64,000 bases of DNA from Candidatus Poribacteria bacterium (GTDB lineage Bacteria > Poribacteria > WGA-4E > PCPOR2b). The stretch lies in assembly GCA_965204355.1 (NCBI GenBank), contig OZ241983.1, positions 291,913-355,912 of the forward strand, given 5' to 3'. Of this stretch, positions 42,071 through 53,213 are shown piece by piece. The stretch's first letter is position 1; each line of letters starts with the position of its first letter. A program made the translations under genes and the position numbers. Under the pieces are notes generated by a model. It was not told where the DNA came from, made no database searches, and worked only from the letters and a program-made list of their open reading frames with translations.

Positions 42071-42118
42071 CTTTGACCTGCATGTAGAGTCAACCGGTTG
42101 TTGTAACGGCGCCTGTCA

Positions 42119-42550
42119 ATGGTATTCATTAACAACAAGTGTCAAAATATTGACTTTGATGAAGCAATCCTTTATAATGCAACGTTGACCACGCTAAAGG
42201 CTCACGATTCTGCAAATAATGAAGTGAGCATTCTTCTAACGGATGATGCCGAGATTCGGGTACTTAACCACCAATATCGCCACATTGATGAGACCACTGA
42301 TGTGCTTGCCTTTGCAATGCGAGAAGGTGTCGGTGCGGATTTGAATCCTCAACTGCTTGGCGATTTGGTCATATCCGTTCCAACAGCTCAGCGCCAATCA
42401 ATTATGCATGGGCATTCACTCGATATTGAGCTTGCCGTATTGAGTGTACACGGTACGCTTCATCTTCTCGGTTACGATCACCAAACCCCAGAGGAAGCGG
42501 AAATCATGTTTGAGAAACAAGAGACGCTGCTTCGTTTGATTAGCACCTAA
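42119..42550 (+). CDS. ybeY: rRNA maturation endoribonuclease YbeY
   Basis: LNHQYR..TDVLAF, LGDLVIS, HGTLHLLGYDH. Confidence 0.93.
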   Translation: MVFINNKCQNIDFDEAILYNATLTTLKAHDSANNEVSILLTDDAEIRVLNHQYRHIDETTDVLAFAMREGVGADLNPQLLGDLVISVPTAQRQSIMHGHSLDIELAVLSVHGTLHLLGYDHQTPEEAEIMFEKQETLLRLIST

Positions 42551-42580
42551 TTCTTCATTCTTAATAAAGTACAGGATGAA

Positions 42581-43918
42581 TTGGGTTATGATTTTTCGCA
42601 GACTCTGGTTGACAAGTTGTACCCTGGGGGTGTAATCCCACGTTTGGACGATATAGACATAATTAAGCTGGTTAGCTTGGTTGCTTTGTCAATCTTCGCG
42701 GTGTTGTTCTCTGCCGTAGAGGTACTTATCAACAGGCTCAGCCGGAACGAAATACTGAATATTGCAGAAACTGGGGGCGCGCAGCATGAAATTTTAACCT
42801 CTCTACTGCGCCACCCACAGAGATATTCTGCAACGATTATCGTCGCCAAGAGTGTATTAATTGTTTGTATTGTCATTTTGCTGCTCTCCTTGCTCGGTTT
42901 CGATGCTCTGAAAGACTGGATAATTGGTGCCCTCCTTGCGATCCTCCTCATTGTTGTTGTGACGGAGCTCATCCCGAAAAACTATGTACAAGGCAGCTCT
43001 GAAAATTCAACAATCTCTGCCCTCCGTTTTGTGCACGTTGTTTATTGGATCCTATATCCTCTCATTAAGCCGATGACTCTGTTGAGCTATCTTGGCGTTC
43101 GGATTTTAGGCGGCAAAGCCCGGACCGAACAGGATAGTAGTGTCTCGCCGGAAGACCTTGAAGCATTGGAAAATGTTGGTAATAGTCAAGAAATCTTAGA
43201 GGAGGAGGAACGAGAGATGATCTCGCGCATCCTTGACCTCCCCGATAAGGTTGCCCGCGAGATTATGGTTCCTCGAACAGATGTGACGTGTCTCGATGTC
43301 TCCTCCCCAAAGGAGGTCGTGCTTCAAACTGCAATCGAATCTCGGCATTCGCGTATTCCTGTGTATGAGGATCAGATTGACAACATTATTGGTCTCCTCC
43401 ATGTCAAGGATCTGTTAGACGGTTGGGCAAAAGACCAACCGCTCGACTTGAAATCTATTGCCACAGATCGCCCTCCCCTTTTCACACCAGAGAGCAAGAA
43501 AATATCGGATCTGTTCCAAGAGCTACGGGCAAACATGCAGCACATGGCGATCGTGGTTGATGAATACGGGGGTACGGCGGGAATTGTGACGCTTGAGGAC
43601 ATTATTGAGGAGATTGTTGGAGAAATCCAAGATGAGTACGATTTTGATGAGCAAGAGGAGTTCATTGTCCTTGCCAAAAACACCTATTCGGTTGATGCAC
43701 GGATGAGTCTTATTGACCTGAATGAGCAGCTAGAGGCGCAGTTCGAATCGGAAAGCGCAGACACGATTGGAGGATTCATTTTCGATCATCTGGGAAGAGT
43801 TCCCGAACAGGGTAGCCAATTCTCTTATCAAGGGCTGGCATTCACGATATTAGAATCGGATGAACGGCGTATCCATCGGATCCGGATTCAGCGGTTGGCG
43901 GATACGGCGGAAAAATAG
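42581..43918 (+). CDS. CorC/HlyC (CNNM-CBS-CorC) family membrane protein
   Basis: [47 protein letters not shown]. Confidence 0.9.
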   Translation: MGYDFSQTLVDKLYPGGVIPRLDDIDIIKLVSLVALSIFAVLFSAVEVLINRLSRNEILNIAETGGAQHEILTSLLRHPQRYSATIIVAKSVLIVCIVILLLSLLGFDALKDWIIGALLAILLIVVVTELIPKNYVQGSSENSTISALRFVHVVYWILYPLIKPMTLLSYLGVRILGGKARTEQDSSVSPEDLEALENVGNSQEILEEEEREMISRILDLPDKVAREIMVPRTDVTCLDVSSPKEVVLQTAIESRHSRIPVYEDQIDNIIGLLHVKDLLDGWAKDQPLDLKSIATDRPPLFTPESKKISDLFQELRANMQHMAIVVDEYGGTAGIVTLEDIIEEIVGEIQDEYDFDEQEEFIVLAKNTYSVDARMSLIDLNEQLEAQFESESADTIGGFIFDHLGRVPEQGSQFSYQGLAFTILESDERRIHRIRIQRLADTAEK

Positions 43919-43928
43919 AAAAGCAGGC

Positions 43929-43957
43929 TTGACAGATGATAGCGTGTATGATAAAAT
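43929..43957 (+). promoter_or_regulatory. tRNA promoter
   Basis: TTGACA-N17-TAAAAT with TGn extension. Confidence 0.75.
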
Positions 43958-43978
43958 CACACGCCGTTTTGTCATAAT

Positions 43979-44053
<75 letters not shown>

Positions 44054-44094
44054 TATTTATCGGAAGTATACCACTTCCATGGGACAATGGAACG

Positions 44095-44126
44095 GTCAAC
44101 TACCCAACCCTAAAAGATTGGGCTTG
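44095..44126 (+). mobile_element. IS200/IS605 (IscB/HEARO-type) end-hairpin remnant
   Basis: GTCAACTACCCAACCCTAAAAGATTGGGCTTG. Confidence 0.55.
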
Positions 44127-44165
44127 TTGTCCGCGCTATTGTCCCATTTTATTATGGAGAGGGAA

Positions 44166-44915
44166 ATGCCAGTTCAAAAAACGCAGGCGATTGTCATTCG
44201 CTCACATCCACTCGGTGAAGTGCACAAGATTATCCGATTCTATACCGTTGAGTTTGGCAAGGTCAGCGCAGTGGCACACGGTAGTAGGAGAGCAAAGAGC
44301 CGCTTCGGCGGCAGCCTTGAACTCCTCAACCGTGGTAACCTTGTGTTTTTTGAATACCCGAATAAGGACCTTCATAGAATCGATGACTTTGACCTGATTG
44401 ATGCTTTTGACTTAATCAAAGCGGACTTTGATCGGACCACATACGGCTGTTATTTAGCAGAATTGGTTGATGCCACGGAGCTAGCAGGGCAATTAGCAGA
44501 CCAAAGCGTCTTTCATTTGCTGCAGGATGCTTTGGAAGGGTTGACGCAGGTTGAAGATATCCCGTTGCTGGCGCGTGCCTTTGAACTCCAATTTTTGGGA
44601 TTGGCAGGCTACGCGCCTCAACTTTCGCGGTGCGTCGCTTGTGCGGAGATGTGCGACGGTGCGACGTTGCATTTCAGTCCAAGTCTTGGTGGTTTGCTCT
44701 GTACCAATTGTGAGGGGAAGGATACAACAGCGAGACCGATCTCACGCGGGAGTTGTGAACTGATGAAGCAGTTACAAAAATTCGACTTTTCTTATCTACA
44801 CCGCTTTCGTGCTTCCAATCTCAACCATAGGGAACTCAAGTTTGTGCTTTCAAATTTTATCTCCTATCATACTGAGCGCACCTTGAAAAGCCGCGATTTT
44901 ATTGATAATTTATAA
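44166..44915 (+). CDS. recO: DNA repair protein RecO
   Basis: GKVSAVAHGSRRAKSRFGG, GYAPQLSRCVAC..GGLLCTNC. Confidence 0.92.
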   Translation: MPVQKTQAIVIRSHPLGEVHKIIRFYTVEFGKVSAVAHGSRRAKSRFGGSLELLNRGNLVFFEYPNKDLHRIDDFDLIDAFDLIKADFDRTTYGCYLAELVDATELAGQLADQSVFHLLQDALEGLTQVEDIPLLARAFELQFLGLAGYAPQLSRCVACAEMCDGATLHFSPSLGGLLCTNCEGKDTTARPISRGSCELMKQLQKFDFSYLHRFRASNLNHRELKFVLSNFISYHTERTLKSRDFIDNL

Positions 44916-44953
44916 AGTATGAGGTGTAGAAAGATGTTTTGTGGGGACTCCCT

Positions 44954-45379
44954 ATGAGCGGTCAAGACAGCCGCTGGATTCAGAGATCCAATAGTTTTGA
45001 CAAGGCTTTTTCTCAATTCAAAGAGGCTGTCGAACTAGCACAGCAACGCCAACTCTCAAAGTTAGAGGCACAAGGGTTAATACAGGGTTTTGAGTACACC
45101 CACGAATTGGCATGGAATGTGCTCAAGGATTTTCTGGAGACGCAGGGTGTGGGGAATCTATACGGGTCAAGGGACACGACTCGCGCCGCTTTCAGAACGG
45201 GTTTAATCGAAAATGGTGAAACATGGATGGAGATGATCCAAAGCCGTAACTTAACTACGCACACCTATAATGAATCTACAGCCGCTCGGATTGTTGAGGC
45301 GATTCTTGACACATACTTTGTGGAGTTTCAGGCACTACAGATCAAGTTGGAGGGGATGAAACAGGAGGAATCAACATGA
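44954..45379 (+). CDS. HEPN protein (HI0074-like nucleotidyltransferase substrate-binding family)
   Basis: GLIQGFEYTHELAWNVLKD and RNLTTH (Rx4H). Confidence 0.88.
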   Translation: MSGQDSRWIQRSNSFDKAFSQFKEAVELAQQRQLSKLEAQGLIQGFEYTHELAWNVLKDFLETQGVGNLYGSRDTTRAAFRTGLIENGETWMEMIQSRNLTTHTYNESTAARIVEAILDTYFVEFQALQIKLEGMKQEEST

Positions 45380-45708
45380 AATCTTATCCTCAACCGGAAT
45401 CGAAGAACGGCTTACCAGAACCCGTCCTCCAAAAGATACGCGCTGTCTTCGCCCGTTATCCACAGGTAGAAAAAGCGGTTTTGTACGGTTCACGCGCCAA
45501 GGGCACATACAAAAATGGTTCCGATATTGACCTGACCCTCCACGGCGGAGCTGACTTGACGCTGAATGTGCTCTGCAAAATCGCCAATGACCTAGATGAC
45601 CTGTTTCTGCCCTACATGATTGATTTATCTATCTTTCACGACATCAGTGACCCTGACGTGGTTGAGCGTATTCAGCGGGTTGGGGTGACGGTATATGAGC
45701 GGAATTAA
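45376..45708 (+). CDS. Minimal nucleotidyltransferase (MNT)
   Basis: LYGSRAKGTYKNGSDIDL; 4-bp overlap with the HEPN gene. Confidence 0.88.
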   Translation: MKSYPQPESKNGLPEPVLQKIRAVFARYPQVEKAVLYGSRAKGTYKNGSDIDLTLHGGADLTLNVLCKIANDLDDLFLPYMIDLSIFHDISDPDVVERIQRVGVTVYERN

Positions 45709-45819
45709 CAGGTTGCGTCTAAGCGAAATCCCAATGAAATCGGTGGCGGGACACAACGATTTGTAGTATTTAGTAAAGAAAATAAGATGTAAATAACAGT
45801 TTTATAAGGAATCATAAGG

Positions 45820-48800
45820 ATGACTTTTCAAGAAATAATACTTGCATTAGAGAGGTTTTGGGCGGATTACGGATGCACCATTCAGCAACCGACTGATGTT
45901 GAGGTTGGTGCAGGAACGTTTAATCCTGCCACCTTCTTGCGCTGCCTCGGACCGGAGCCGTGGCAGGTCGCTTATGTCGAACCCTCACGCCGCCCCGCCG
46001 ACGGTCGGTACGGCGAAAATCCGTTTCGGCTTGGCGCATACTATCAATATCAGGTGATTCTGAAACCTGCGCCGACAGATGTGCTTCCACTCTACCTTGA
46101 GAGTTTACAGCATCTGGGAATTGACTCCCGGCGAAATGACTTCAGATTTGTTGAGGACGATTGGGAAGCGCCGACATTAGGAGGTTCTGGACTCGGTTGG
46201 GAGGTCTGGTGGAACGGTGCAGAAGTGACACAATTCACCTACTTCCAGCAGATGGGCAGCATCGAGTTAGATCCGATCTGTGCCGAATTGACGTACGGAC
46301 TGGAACGTATCGCCCTCTATCTGCAAGATGTGGGCAGCTTTTTCGATCTCAAATGGAATGAGCAGGTTCTTTATGGAGATGTGCATCACCAAAGCGAAGT
46401 AGAGTACTCCAAATACCAGTTTGAGAGTGCGGACGTTGAGACGTTATTTAGCCTCTTTGACGCTTACGAAAAGGAAGCGTTAGCCTGTGTAGAATCCGGT
46501 TTAGTATTGCCAGCGACGGACTATGTCCTAAAATGTTCGCATACGTTCAACGTTCTCGATGCCCGGGGTGTTATCAGTGTAACGGAGCGTGTCGGTTACA
46601 TTGAGCGCGTCCGCCGTCTCGCACAACGGACCGCACGTGCTTATGTTGTGCAACGTGAGGAGATGGGACATCCACTGTTGAATCGTTGGAAACCCAAGGC
46701 GGAGGAAGGGGTGGATGAAGAGAAGGTTTTAGACGCTCGATCAGAAACTGAGGAGCAGATTGAAACAGAAACTGGAAGCGAAGCATCTGTGGATTTCCTC
46801 TTAGAGATTGGAACGGAGGAGATCCCCGCGGGCTATATTACACCAGCTTTGGACCAGCTCCGCACGGTTGTTACCCAATCTCTTGCGAATGCTCGGGTCC
46901 CGTTTGAAGATATCCAGACGTTGGCAACCCCCCGCCGTCTAACTTTATGGATTAAGGGGCTAGCAACCTTGCAACCGGATCAGGTCACTGAGGTGGTTGG
47001 TCCTCCGAAACGTGTTGCGTACGATGCAGACGGGAATCCTACCAAAGCGGCAATCGGTTTCGCAAAGACGCAGGGGGTCAACGTTGAAGATCTGAAAATC
47101 GTTGAGACACAACGTGGGGAATATGTTGCCGCAGATAAACTCGAAACGGGTCAATCGGCTCACGACCTACTAAAAACAGAGATCCCTGGATGGATTCAAT
47201 CCTTAAGTTTCCCCAAAACGATGCGCTGGGATAATCTGAGGTTTGCACGTCCCATACGGTGGCTGGTCGCCTTGCTGGGGGATAAGGTGGTTGATTTTGA
47301 ACTGGATACTTTGCGTTCGGGCAGGCGGACATACGGACATCGTTCATTGAATCCAGAACCGGTTGAACTTTCCTCTGCTTCGTTTGAAGGCTATATTGAA
47401 GGGCTACAAAGAGTCAACGTGCTTGTCGATCCGGAGGTCCGACGAAAGGAGATCGAAAACCAAGTTACGGAGATTCTTAAAGCCGAGGGATGTTTAACTG
47501 TGATTGATCCAGAATTGTTGGATACCGTCAATTTCCTTGTTGAGAATCCCCAAGCAATTGTGGGTAGTTTTAGTGAATCTCATCTTGCGCTGCCGACCGA
47601 AGTATTGATCACCCCCATGAAGACGCAGCAACGCTACTTTCCGATGTGGCAGTCTGATGAAAAACTGGCGGCGCAATTCATAGCGGTTTCCAACGGGACA
47701 GATGGCAACTTTGACGGTGTGCGTCACGGCAACGAGCGGGTCTTACATGCCCGACTCAACGACGCAGCGTTTTTCTATAACGAGGATCAGAAAACGTCGC
47801 TTGCAGATAAAGTGGACCGACTGCGTAACGTTGTTTTTCAGGTGAAGCTCGGCTCACTGCACGACAAAATCGCTCGATTGAAGGAGCTTGCTACGTTTAT
47901 CGCGGACCAAGTTGGCGTTGACGAAAGTGTCAAAGATCACGTCATTAGAGTGGCATCGCTTTGTAAAGCGGATCTGACGACGCAGATGGTGATTGAATTT
48001 CCTTCCCTGCAAGGGATTATGGGAAAATATTACGCCAAAAATTCCGGTGAACCCGACGCAGTAGCGTCGGCAATTGAGGAACACTATCAACCTATCGCTG
48101 CTGACGCGCCTATCCCGCGCACTGATGTAGGAACAATCGTTGCGCTTGCGGACAAAATCGACACCATTGTTGGATATTTCGGTATTAATGAGCGCCCCAC
48201 GGGCTCTCAAGATCCGTATTCACTCAGGCGGCATGCAATCGGAACAATACGCATCCTTCACGAACGCAATCACCGGCTTGCATTGACTGCTGTTATTGAG
48301 AAGGCTATTGAACTATATCAGGTCAATTTCGTCGAAGATACACAGACTGCCGTACTTGATTTTATCAAGGGACGCATGGAAGTGCTCCTCAGTGGAAAGA
48401 GTTACATGCCAGATCTTACCTACGCACCCGATCTTATTGATGCAATCCTCGCAACAGACGAGGTGGATGTAATTGATATTTTAGAGCGAGCGGCGGTCCT
48501 CAAAACTTTCCGTGGGGGACCGGACTTTGACAAGATATATCCAGCACTGAATCGTGTGCTGAGAATTTTGCCAGACCAGCCTCCGACGGAGATTCGCCCC
48601 GATCTTTTTCAGGACGAGGCTGAAAAGCAGTTAGGGAAAATTGTGGACGCCGCAGATGTAGAGTTAAGCAGATGCGTTCAGAAACGTGACTATGAAGAAC
48701 TTCTTACTCGGCTTGGCGAGCTCCAGCCTGCAATCGACCAGTTTTTCGATGATGTAATGGTTATGGCGGAAGATGCTACCGTCCGATCTAATCGACTCGC

Positions 48801-48873
48801 ACTGCTGAACGCTATCGCACAAAAGGTATACCCGCTTGCCGATCTGACGAAGTTAGTCATTGCGGGGAATTAA
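45820..48873 (+). CDS. glyQS: Glycine--tRNA ligase, fused alpha and beta subunits
   Basis: Alpha [23 protein letters not shown]; acidic linker; beta [43 protein letters not shown]. Confidence 0.95.
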   Translation: MTFQEIILALERFWADYGCTIQQPTDVEVGAGTFNPATFLRCLGPEPWQVAYVEPSRRPADGRYGENPFRLGAYYQYQVILKPAPTDVLPLYLESLQHLGIDSRRNDFRFVEDDWEAPTLGGSGLGWEVWWNGAEVTQFTYFQQMGSIELDPICAELTYGLERIALYLQDVGSFFDLKWNEQVLYGDVHHQSEVEYSKYQFESADVETLFSLFDAYEKEALACVESGLVLPATDYVLKCSHTFNVLDARGVISVTERVGYIERVRRLAQRTARAYVVQREEMGHPLLNRWKPKAEEGVDEEKVLDARSETEEQIETETGSEASVDFLLEIGTEEIPAGYITPALDQLRTVVTQSLANARVPFEDIQTLATPRRLTLWIKGLATLQPDQVTEVVGPPKRVAYDADGNPTKAAIGFAKTQGVNVEDLKIVETQRGEYVAADKLETGQSAHDLLKTEIPGWIQSLSFPKTMRWDNLRFARPIRWLVALLGDKVVDFELDTLRSGRRTYGHRSLNPEPVELSSASFEGYIEGLQRVNVLVDPEVRRKEIENQVTEILKAEGCLTVIDPELLDTVNFLVENPQAIVGSFSESHLALPTEVLITPMKTQQRYFPMWQSDEKLAAQFIAVSNGTDGNFDGVRHGNERVLHARLNDAAFFYNEDQKTSLADKVDRLRNVVFQVKLGSLHDKIARLKELATFIADQVGVDESVKDHVIRVASLCKADLTTQMVIEFPSLQGIMGKYYAKNSGEPDAVASAIEEHYQPIAADAPIPRTDVGTIVALADKIDTIVGYFGINERPTGSQDPYSLRRHAIGTIRILHERNHRLALTAVIEKAIELYQVNFVEDTQTAVLDFIKGRMEVLLSGKSYMPDLTYAPDLIDAILATDEVDVIDILERAAVLKTFRGGPDFDKIYPALNRVLRILPDQPPTEIRPDLFQDEAEKQLGKIVDAADVELSRCVQKRDYEELLTRLGELQPAIDQFFDDVMVMAEDATVRSNRLALLNAIAQKVYPLADLTKLVIAGN

Positions 48874-48948
48874 ATTAATCAAACACCCAGAACTTACGCT
48901 TTATGTCTTACGTTTTTCGCATTACACATTAAAAGAGGGAGATAAAAA

Positions 48949-51900
48949 ATGAAGCAAAAATTAGTTCTATTTATCGGTTTTGTGCTGGCAATCAGCATCC
49001 TCACTGGCTGTGCCGAAAAGGAAGATAAAAACATCCTTGAAGCGCGAGCGGCAATTGCAAAAGCGGATTACGCTGCCGCTCGGAGTGCGTTAGAAACTGC
49101 ACCTGATCTTCCGGAAACGCGATCGTTACGAGCGTTACTTCGGTTGCACACTGCTTCGGGGTGGAGTACTGACGTGACTGCTTGGCACGACACCATGCAA
49201 AAGGTCGTTGAATATTTACAACCACTGAACAAGGATATAAAGGCATTGGAGACACAGGAAGATCCGGACTCCGATGATCTCGATCGCTTGGAGCGACTCA
49301 TCCGGTCCAGAAATTCGATTGCCGGACTCCTTGCAAATTCACTTGCTGCATCCACTGAAAAGAGTGCCAATCTCCCTTCGGAACTGATTAATCAATCCGA
49401 CTCCGCTGCTATCATAGGCCTCTTGGAAGCTGAGAAGTGCTTCGACCCGCAGGCTAGTGGTGCGGCGATGACCCTAATTCAAAACCTCGGCAATACACCA
49501 ACGGTTTCTGATCTACTGATCAAGGCGACGCAACACCCGGATGCTGATATTAGAAAGGGAGCTGTCAAACATTTGGGGGATTTGGAAGACCCCAAACTCA
49601 TTCCTACATTTGAATTGATCCTGAAAAACAAGAACGAATCTCCTTACGTGCTCTACAACGTAATCGTTGCACTGGAGAGGCTTAGGGAGGAACCAATCGT
49701 GCCCGCCCTCCAACTAGCGACGCAGACCAATGCCGGACAGGTGCGGATGCACGCAGCAAAATTAATTGGTCAACTCAACGCAGAGGAGGCACTCCCCTCA
49801 CTGATTTACCTGTTGGCAGACTTGGATGCAAACGTCAGAATTGCATCGATTAATGCGCTGACGGAGATTGGTAATCCGTCTATCGAGCTCTTACTTGAGG
49901 TGCTCGATTCCGGTGCCCAAAATGTCTTGCCAGATGAGAATTCAACTGAGTTCCTCCGATTGACGTCGGAGTACCAATACCTTGCAAACGCATATATCGA
50001 CACAACTCGACGTAAAAATCATCGTATTAACACGCAAGCTGCTGCAGCACAAGCGCTGGGTGCGTTGAAAGCCGAAGAAGCGATTTCCCGACTAATTAGT
50101 CTGCTTGATAACGACGATCTCCGTGGGAGTGCAGGTGCTGCGCTGCAAGCAATGAAAGGAGTAGCTGTGCCGGGGCTCGTCACTGCTTTGAAAGATCCAA
50201 GGGATGATGTCAGGATTCGAAGCGCGGAGGTGCTTGCCGGTATCGCTGACTTGCGCTCGGTGGATGGTCTCAGCGAGGCACTAATGACTGACCTTCGAAA
50301 AGATGTGAGAGCGGCGTCGGCCAAAACGCTTAGTGTCTTGAGGGGGCGTGGTACAGATAACAGCGCCCGTGATGCACTGATTCAGGGGTTGAAGCTGGAT
50401 GACACGACCGCTGCCAACGCTGCCACGGCGCTGGGTGAAATCCAGATTAGTACTGATGAGGCGATTCAGGAACTGATTACAATGGCGATGGATAAGCGGG
50501 GGCGTGAAACCGTGCGGAGTGCTGCGCTATCTGCTTTGACGAAACTTGCAGCGGCCCAAGCGGTGCAACCGATGCTGCTCTTAATGTTAAGCGACGAGAC
50601 TAGTCCTGTCCTCCGTAAGGGTGCTGTAGCCGCGTTGGGAGAGATTAAGTCACCAGAGTCAATTCCAGCCCTCGTGTGGGTTTTGGGGACACGGTATGAA
50701 GATATTAAGGACTTTCAAAGACACCTGAAAAGGGAGTACAACACCCTTGCGCGATTGAAGGAAGCGATTGCCGACTTGGGGGTTGAGTGGACGGGGGAAT
50801 ACGCTCCACCTGATTATCGAACATGGGGTGAGCTTAAGCCAATTCCGAGCCTTGTTCGTAGCGAAGTTGCCCTTTCACTTGGCAAGATTAAAGGAGACGC
50901 AGTTGTGCAGCCATTAATTGACGCACTCAAAGAGGATGAGCGCGCTGCTGTACGTAAGAGTGCAGCTTTTGCTTTAGGAGACGTTGGTGGTCAACTTGTA
51001 GTCGATCCCTTAATCCAAGCGCTCAAGGATGATAAACAAGGGATTGTACGTCAGGAGGCTGCGGTTGCTCTGGGTAAAATCAAAGGGGACAAAGTGGTAG
51101 ATCCTTTGCTCACAACACTCAAGAAGGATAAATTTGAGGGGGCGCGCAAACAGGCAGCCATCGCGCTACGTGAGTTACCGGCTGAACTCGCCGATGAGGG
51201 GCTCGTTGATGTCCTGAAAAAGGGTTGGGGGACGTTTGAAGAAAAGCAGGAAGTCTTATCTGTGCAAACTGAAGTAATCACGTCCTTAACCAAACTCGGC
51301 AAAGCGGTGACAGCGGAATCTATAATAAATGCGCTCAAATCCGTGGAGGACGACTGGACACGATGGAAACTGGTATTTGCGCTCGGAAGGCTTGAGGAAA
51401 ACGACAATTCACCTGTGGATGCAATGACTGCTGAATTGGACCATCCAAACTATGTCGTTCGCAAAGAGGCGGTGCTTGGGCTTGGACTCAGCAAAGATCG
51501 GAAATCTCTTGAAGTATTGACCGGTATTCTTGAGGATAAAAACGAGTACAAATCGATCCGGGCGAGTGCGGCAACAGCGTTAGGTACGCTGCTTGATGAA
51601 CGCGCAGCCTCATCGCTCCTTACTGCTTTGGATGATAAACATATTGAAGTCCGTACACAAGCTGTTGCTGCATTAGGCGCCATCAGAGAAGCTAGGGCGG
51701 TCGATAAACTGATTGAGATGTTTTACGCACCTCTGGAGGATAAAACAGTAAAGGCGGCTTGCGTAACCGCGCTTGCATTGATTGGGGGCGAAAAAGCGGA
51801 GACGGTGCTACTGGATATTTTGGCAACGGATACGGAAAAAGGAGCTATTTTCACGAATGCAGTTACGGGATTAGGGGAGCTGAAAAGCACCAAAGCGGTG

Positions 51901-52788
51901 CCGGCACTAATTGAGATCCTCGAAGATCAGAGTTTGGAAATGGATGTCCGTACCGATGCGCTTGTGAAACTCTCTGCTCGCACAAAAGCCGCCATAGCAC
52001 TTGCTAACATTAAAGATCAACGCGCCGCCGAAGCGTTTGGAAGACGGCTCGTTGACGAATCGGAATATGGCATCGCAATAGTGGACAAAGATGGCAAAAA
52101 AATTCCAAAACACAATTGGGGTTGGGAAAACTTTGTCATAGCTACAAAACCGTTCCGGTTACCCGCGTTTGTTGCACCCAAGATGATTCAGCGAATTGAA
52201 GACCCGCTGGAGGAGTGGCCCGTAAAGGCATACGCCGCCAATGCCCTCGCAAAATCCGATGCTCCAGGGATTATACCGAGAATCAGGGAACTGCTCGCCG
52301 ATCCAATTGTGCAGATACGTCAACACACGGCACTCGGTGTCGGTGAAGGCAAGCTCAGCGAATTCAAGGACGATCTTGTAAAAAAGATGCTGGGTGATGG
52401 CGAAGCCAACGCTGACGTGCGACGCTGGGCGACACAAGGATTGGGAGATCTGGGTGACCCCTCTGTTGTACCAGCCATTGCAGAAACACTCAACAATGAT
52501 GCTAATGTTATTGCACTCCGTCAGGATGCAGCACTCGCCCTTGGCAAGATAGGGGACGACGCAGCTGTGGTTGCGCTGTCTGAAAAGCTGAAAACCCTGC
52601 AAGCGAGTCAGTCGGAGAAGAAGTTGCAGATAGACATCCTCAAAGCGCTTGGGGAAGCGAAGAGCCAAAAAGCTGTACCGGTTCTCAAGATAGCCTTGGA
52701 GGATTCGGATGGGGATATCCACTTCTGGGCGGCGGATGCTTTATATAAAGTCACGGGTGATGGGCACGGGTATCACCGCGTGAAGTAA
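48949..52788 (+). CDS. Large HEAT-repeat lipoprotein
   Basis: Lipobox LTGC; many VRxxAAxALG repeats. Confidence 0.88.
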   Translation: MKQKLVLFIGFVLAISILTGCAEKEDKNILEARAAIAKADYAAARSALETAPDLPETRSLRALLRLHTASGWSTDVTAWHDTMQKVVEYLQPLNKDIKALETQEDPDSDDLDRLERLIRSRNSIAGLLANSLAASTEKSANLPSELINQSDSAAIIGLLEAEKCFDPQASGAAMTLIQNLGNTPTVSDLLIKATQHPDADIRKGAVKHLGDLEDPKLIPTFELILKNKNESPYVLYNVIVALERLREEPIVPALQLATQTNAGQVRMHAAKLIGQLNAEEALPSLIYLLADLDANVRIASINALTEIGNPSIELLLEVLDSGAQNVLPDENSTEFLRLTSEYQYLANAYIDTTRRKNHRINTQAAAAQALGALKAEEAISRLISLLDNDDLRGSAGAALQAMKGVAVPGLVTALKDPRDDVRIRSAEVLAGIADLRSVDGLSEALMTDLRKDVRAASAKTLSVLRGRGTDNSARDALIQGLKLDDTTAANAATALGEIQISTDEAIQELITMAMDKRGRETVRSAALSALTKLAAAQAVQPMLLLMLSDETSPVLRKGAVAALGEIKSPESIPALVWVLGTRYEDIKDFQRHLKREYNTLARLKEAIADLGVEWTGEYAPPDYRTWGELKPIPSLVRSEVALSLGKIKGDAVVQPLIDALKEDERAAVRKSAAFALGDVGGQLVVDPLIQALKDDKQGIVRQEAAVALGKIKGDKVVDPLLTTLKKDKFEGARKQAAIALRELPAELADEGLVDVLKKGWGTFEEKQEVLSVQTEVITSLTKLGKAVTAESIINALKSVEDDWTRWKLVFALGRLEENDNSPVDAMTAELDHPNYVVRKEAVLGLGLSKDRKSLEVLTGILEDKNEYKSIRASAATALGTLLDERAASSLLTALDDKHIEVRTQAVAALGAIREARAVDKLIEMFYAPLEDKTVKAACVTALALIGGEKAETVLLDILATDTEKGAIFTNAVTGLGELKSTKAVPALIEILEDQSLEMDVRTDALVKLSARTKAAIALANIKDQRAAEAFGRRLVDESEYGIAIVDKDGKKIPKHNWGWENFVIATKPFRLPAFVAPKMIQRIEDPLEEWPVKAYAANALAKSDAPGIIPRIRELLADPIVQIRQHTALGVGEGKLSEFKDDLVKKMLGDGEANADVRRWATQGLGDLGDPSVVPAIAETLNNDANVIALRQDAALALGKIGDDAAVVALSEKLKTLQASQSEKKLQIDILKALGEAKSQKAVPVLKIALEDSDGDIHFWAADALYKVTGDGHGYHRVK

Positions 52789-52809
52789 ATCCCGTTTCGC
52801 TTAAATAGG

Positions 52810-52996
52810 TAGGACTTACGCAGTTGAATGCTCAAATTCTCATAATTTGGTGATTTATTACCGAATAACACGATCCGTGATGACCGATGAATTGCGCTAC
52901 TACAGTAAATCCGTAGGTTCGTAGTAGTCCCGATAAATCGGGACGTCCGGACGCGCAATGAATTGCGCTACTACAAACTGAAGTGCGTAACTCCTA
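52810..52996. mobile_element. GGACTTACGCA-TIR MITE with 5-bp TSD and REP cargo
   Basis: TAGGACTTACGCA...TGCGTAACTCCTA flanked by ATAGG on both sides; internal GTAGTAG..GCGCAATGAATTGCGCTACTAC. Confidence 0.8.
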
Positions 52997-53014
52997 ATAG
53001 GAAAGAACGAATGG

Positions 53015-53199
53015 GTGAATGTACATGACAATCCTCTCATTGAGGAACTGCTAAGATCCAAAAAGGGTCCATATTCCGAGAATTTCCGCGTGAATGGATG
53101 CATCGTCGTTGGAGCGAATTGGCGTATGCCGCTCGTACAGGAGACAAAAGAGCTAGGAAAGCCAGAAAGCTCTTAACAGATCGGCGCTTCGCCAAATAA
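53015..53199 (+). pseudogene. Small basic toxin-tip-like protein, split by a frameshift at A5G3 (53060-53067)
   Basis: MNVHDNPLIEELLRSKKG followed, in the -1 frame, by SIFREFPREWMHRRWSELAYAARTGDKRARKARKLLTDRRFAK*. Confidence 0.55.
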
Positions 53200-53213
53200 A
53201 TGGAAAGTTAGAC

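Noticed and set aside
45709-45819. T-box leader for glyQS
   Set aside because: The gap is too short and has no T-box consensus or terminator.
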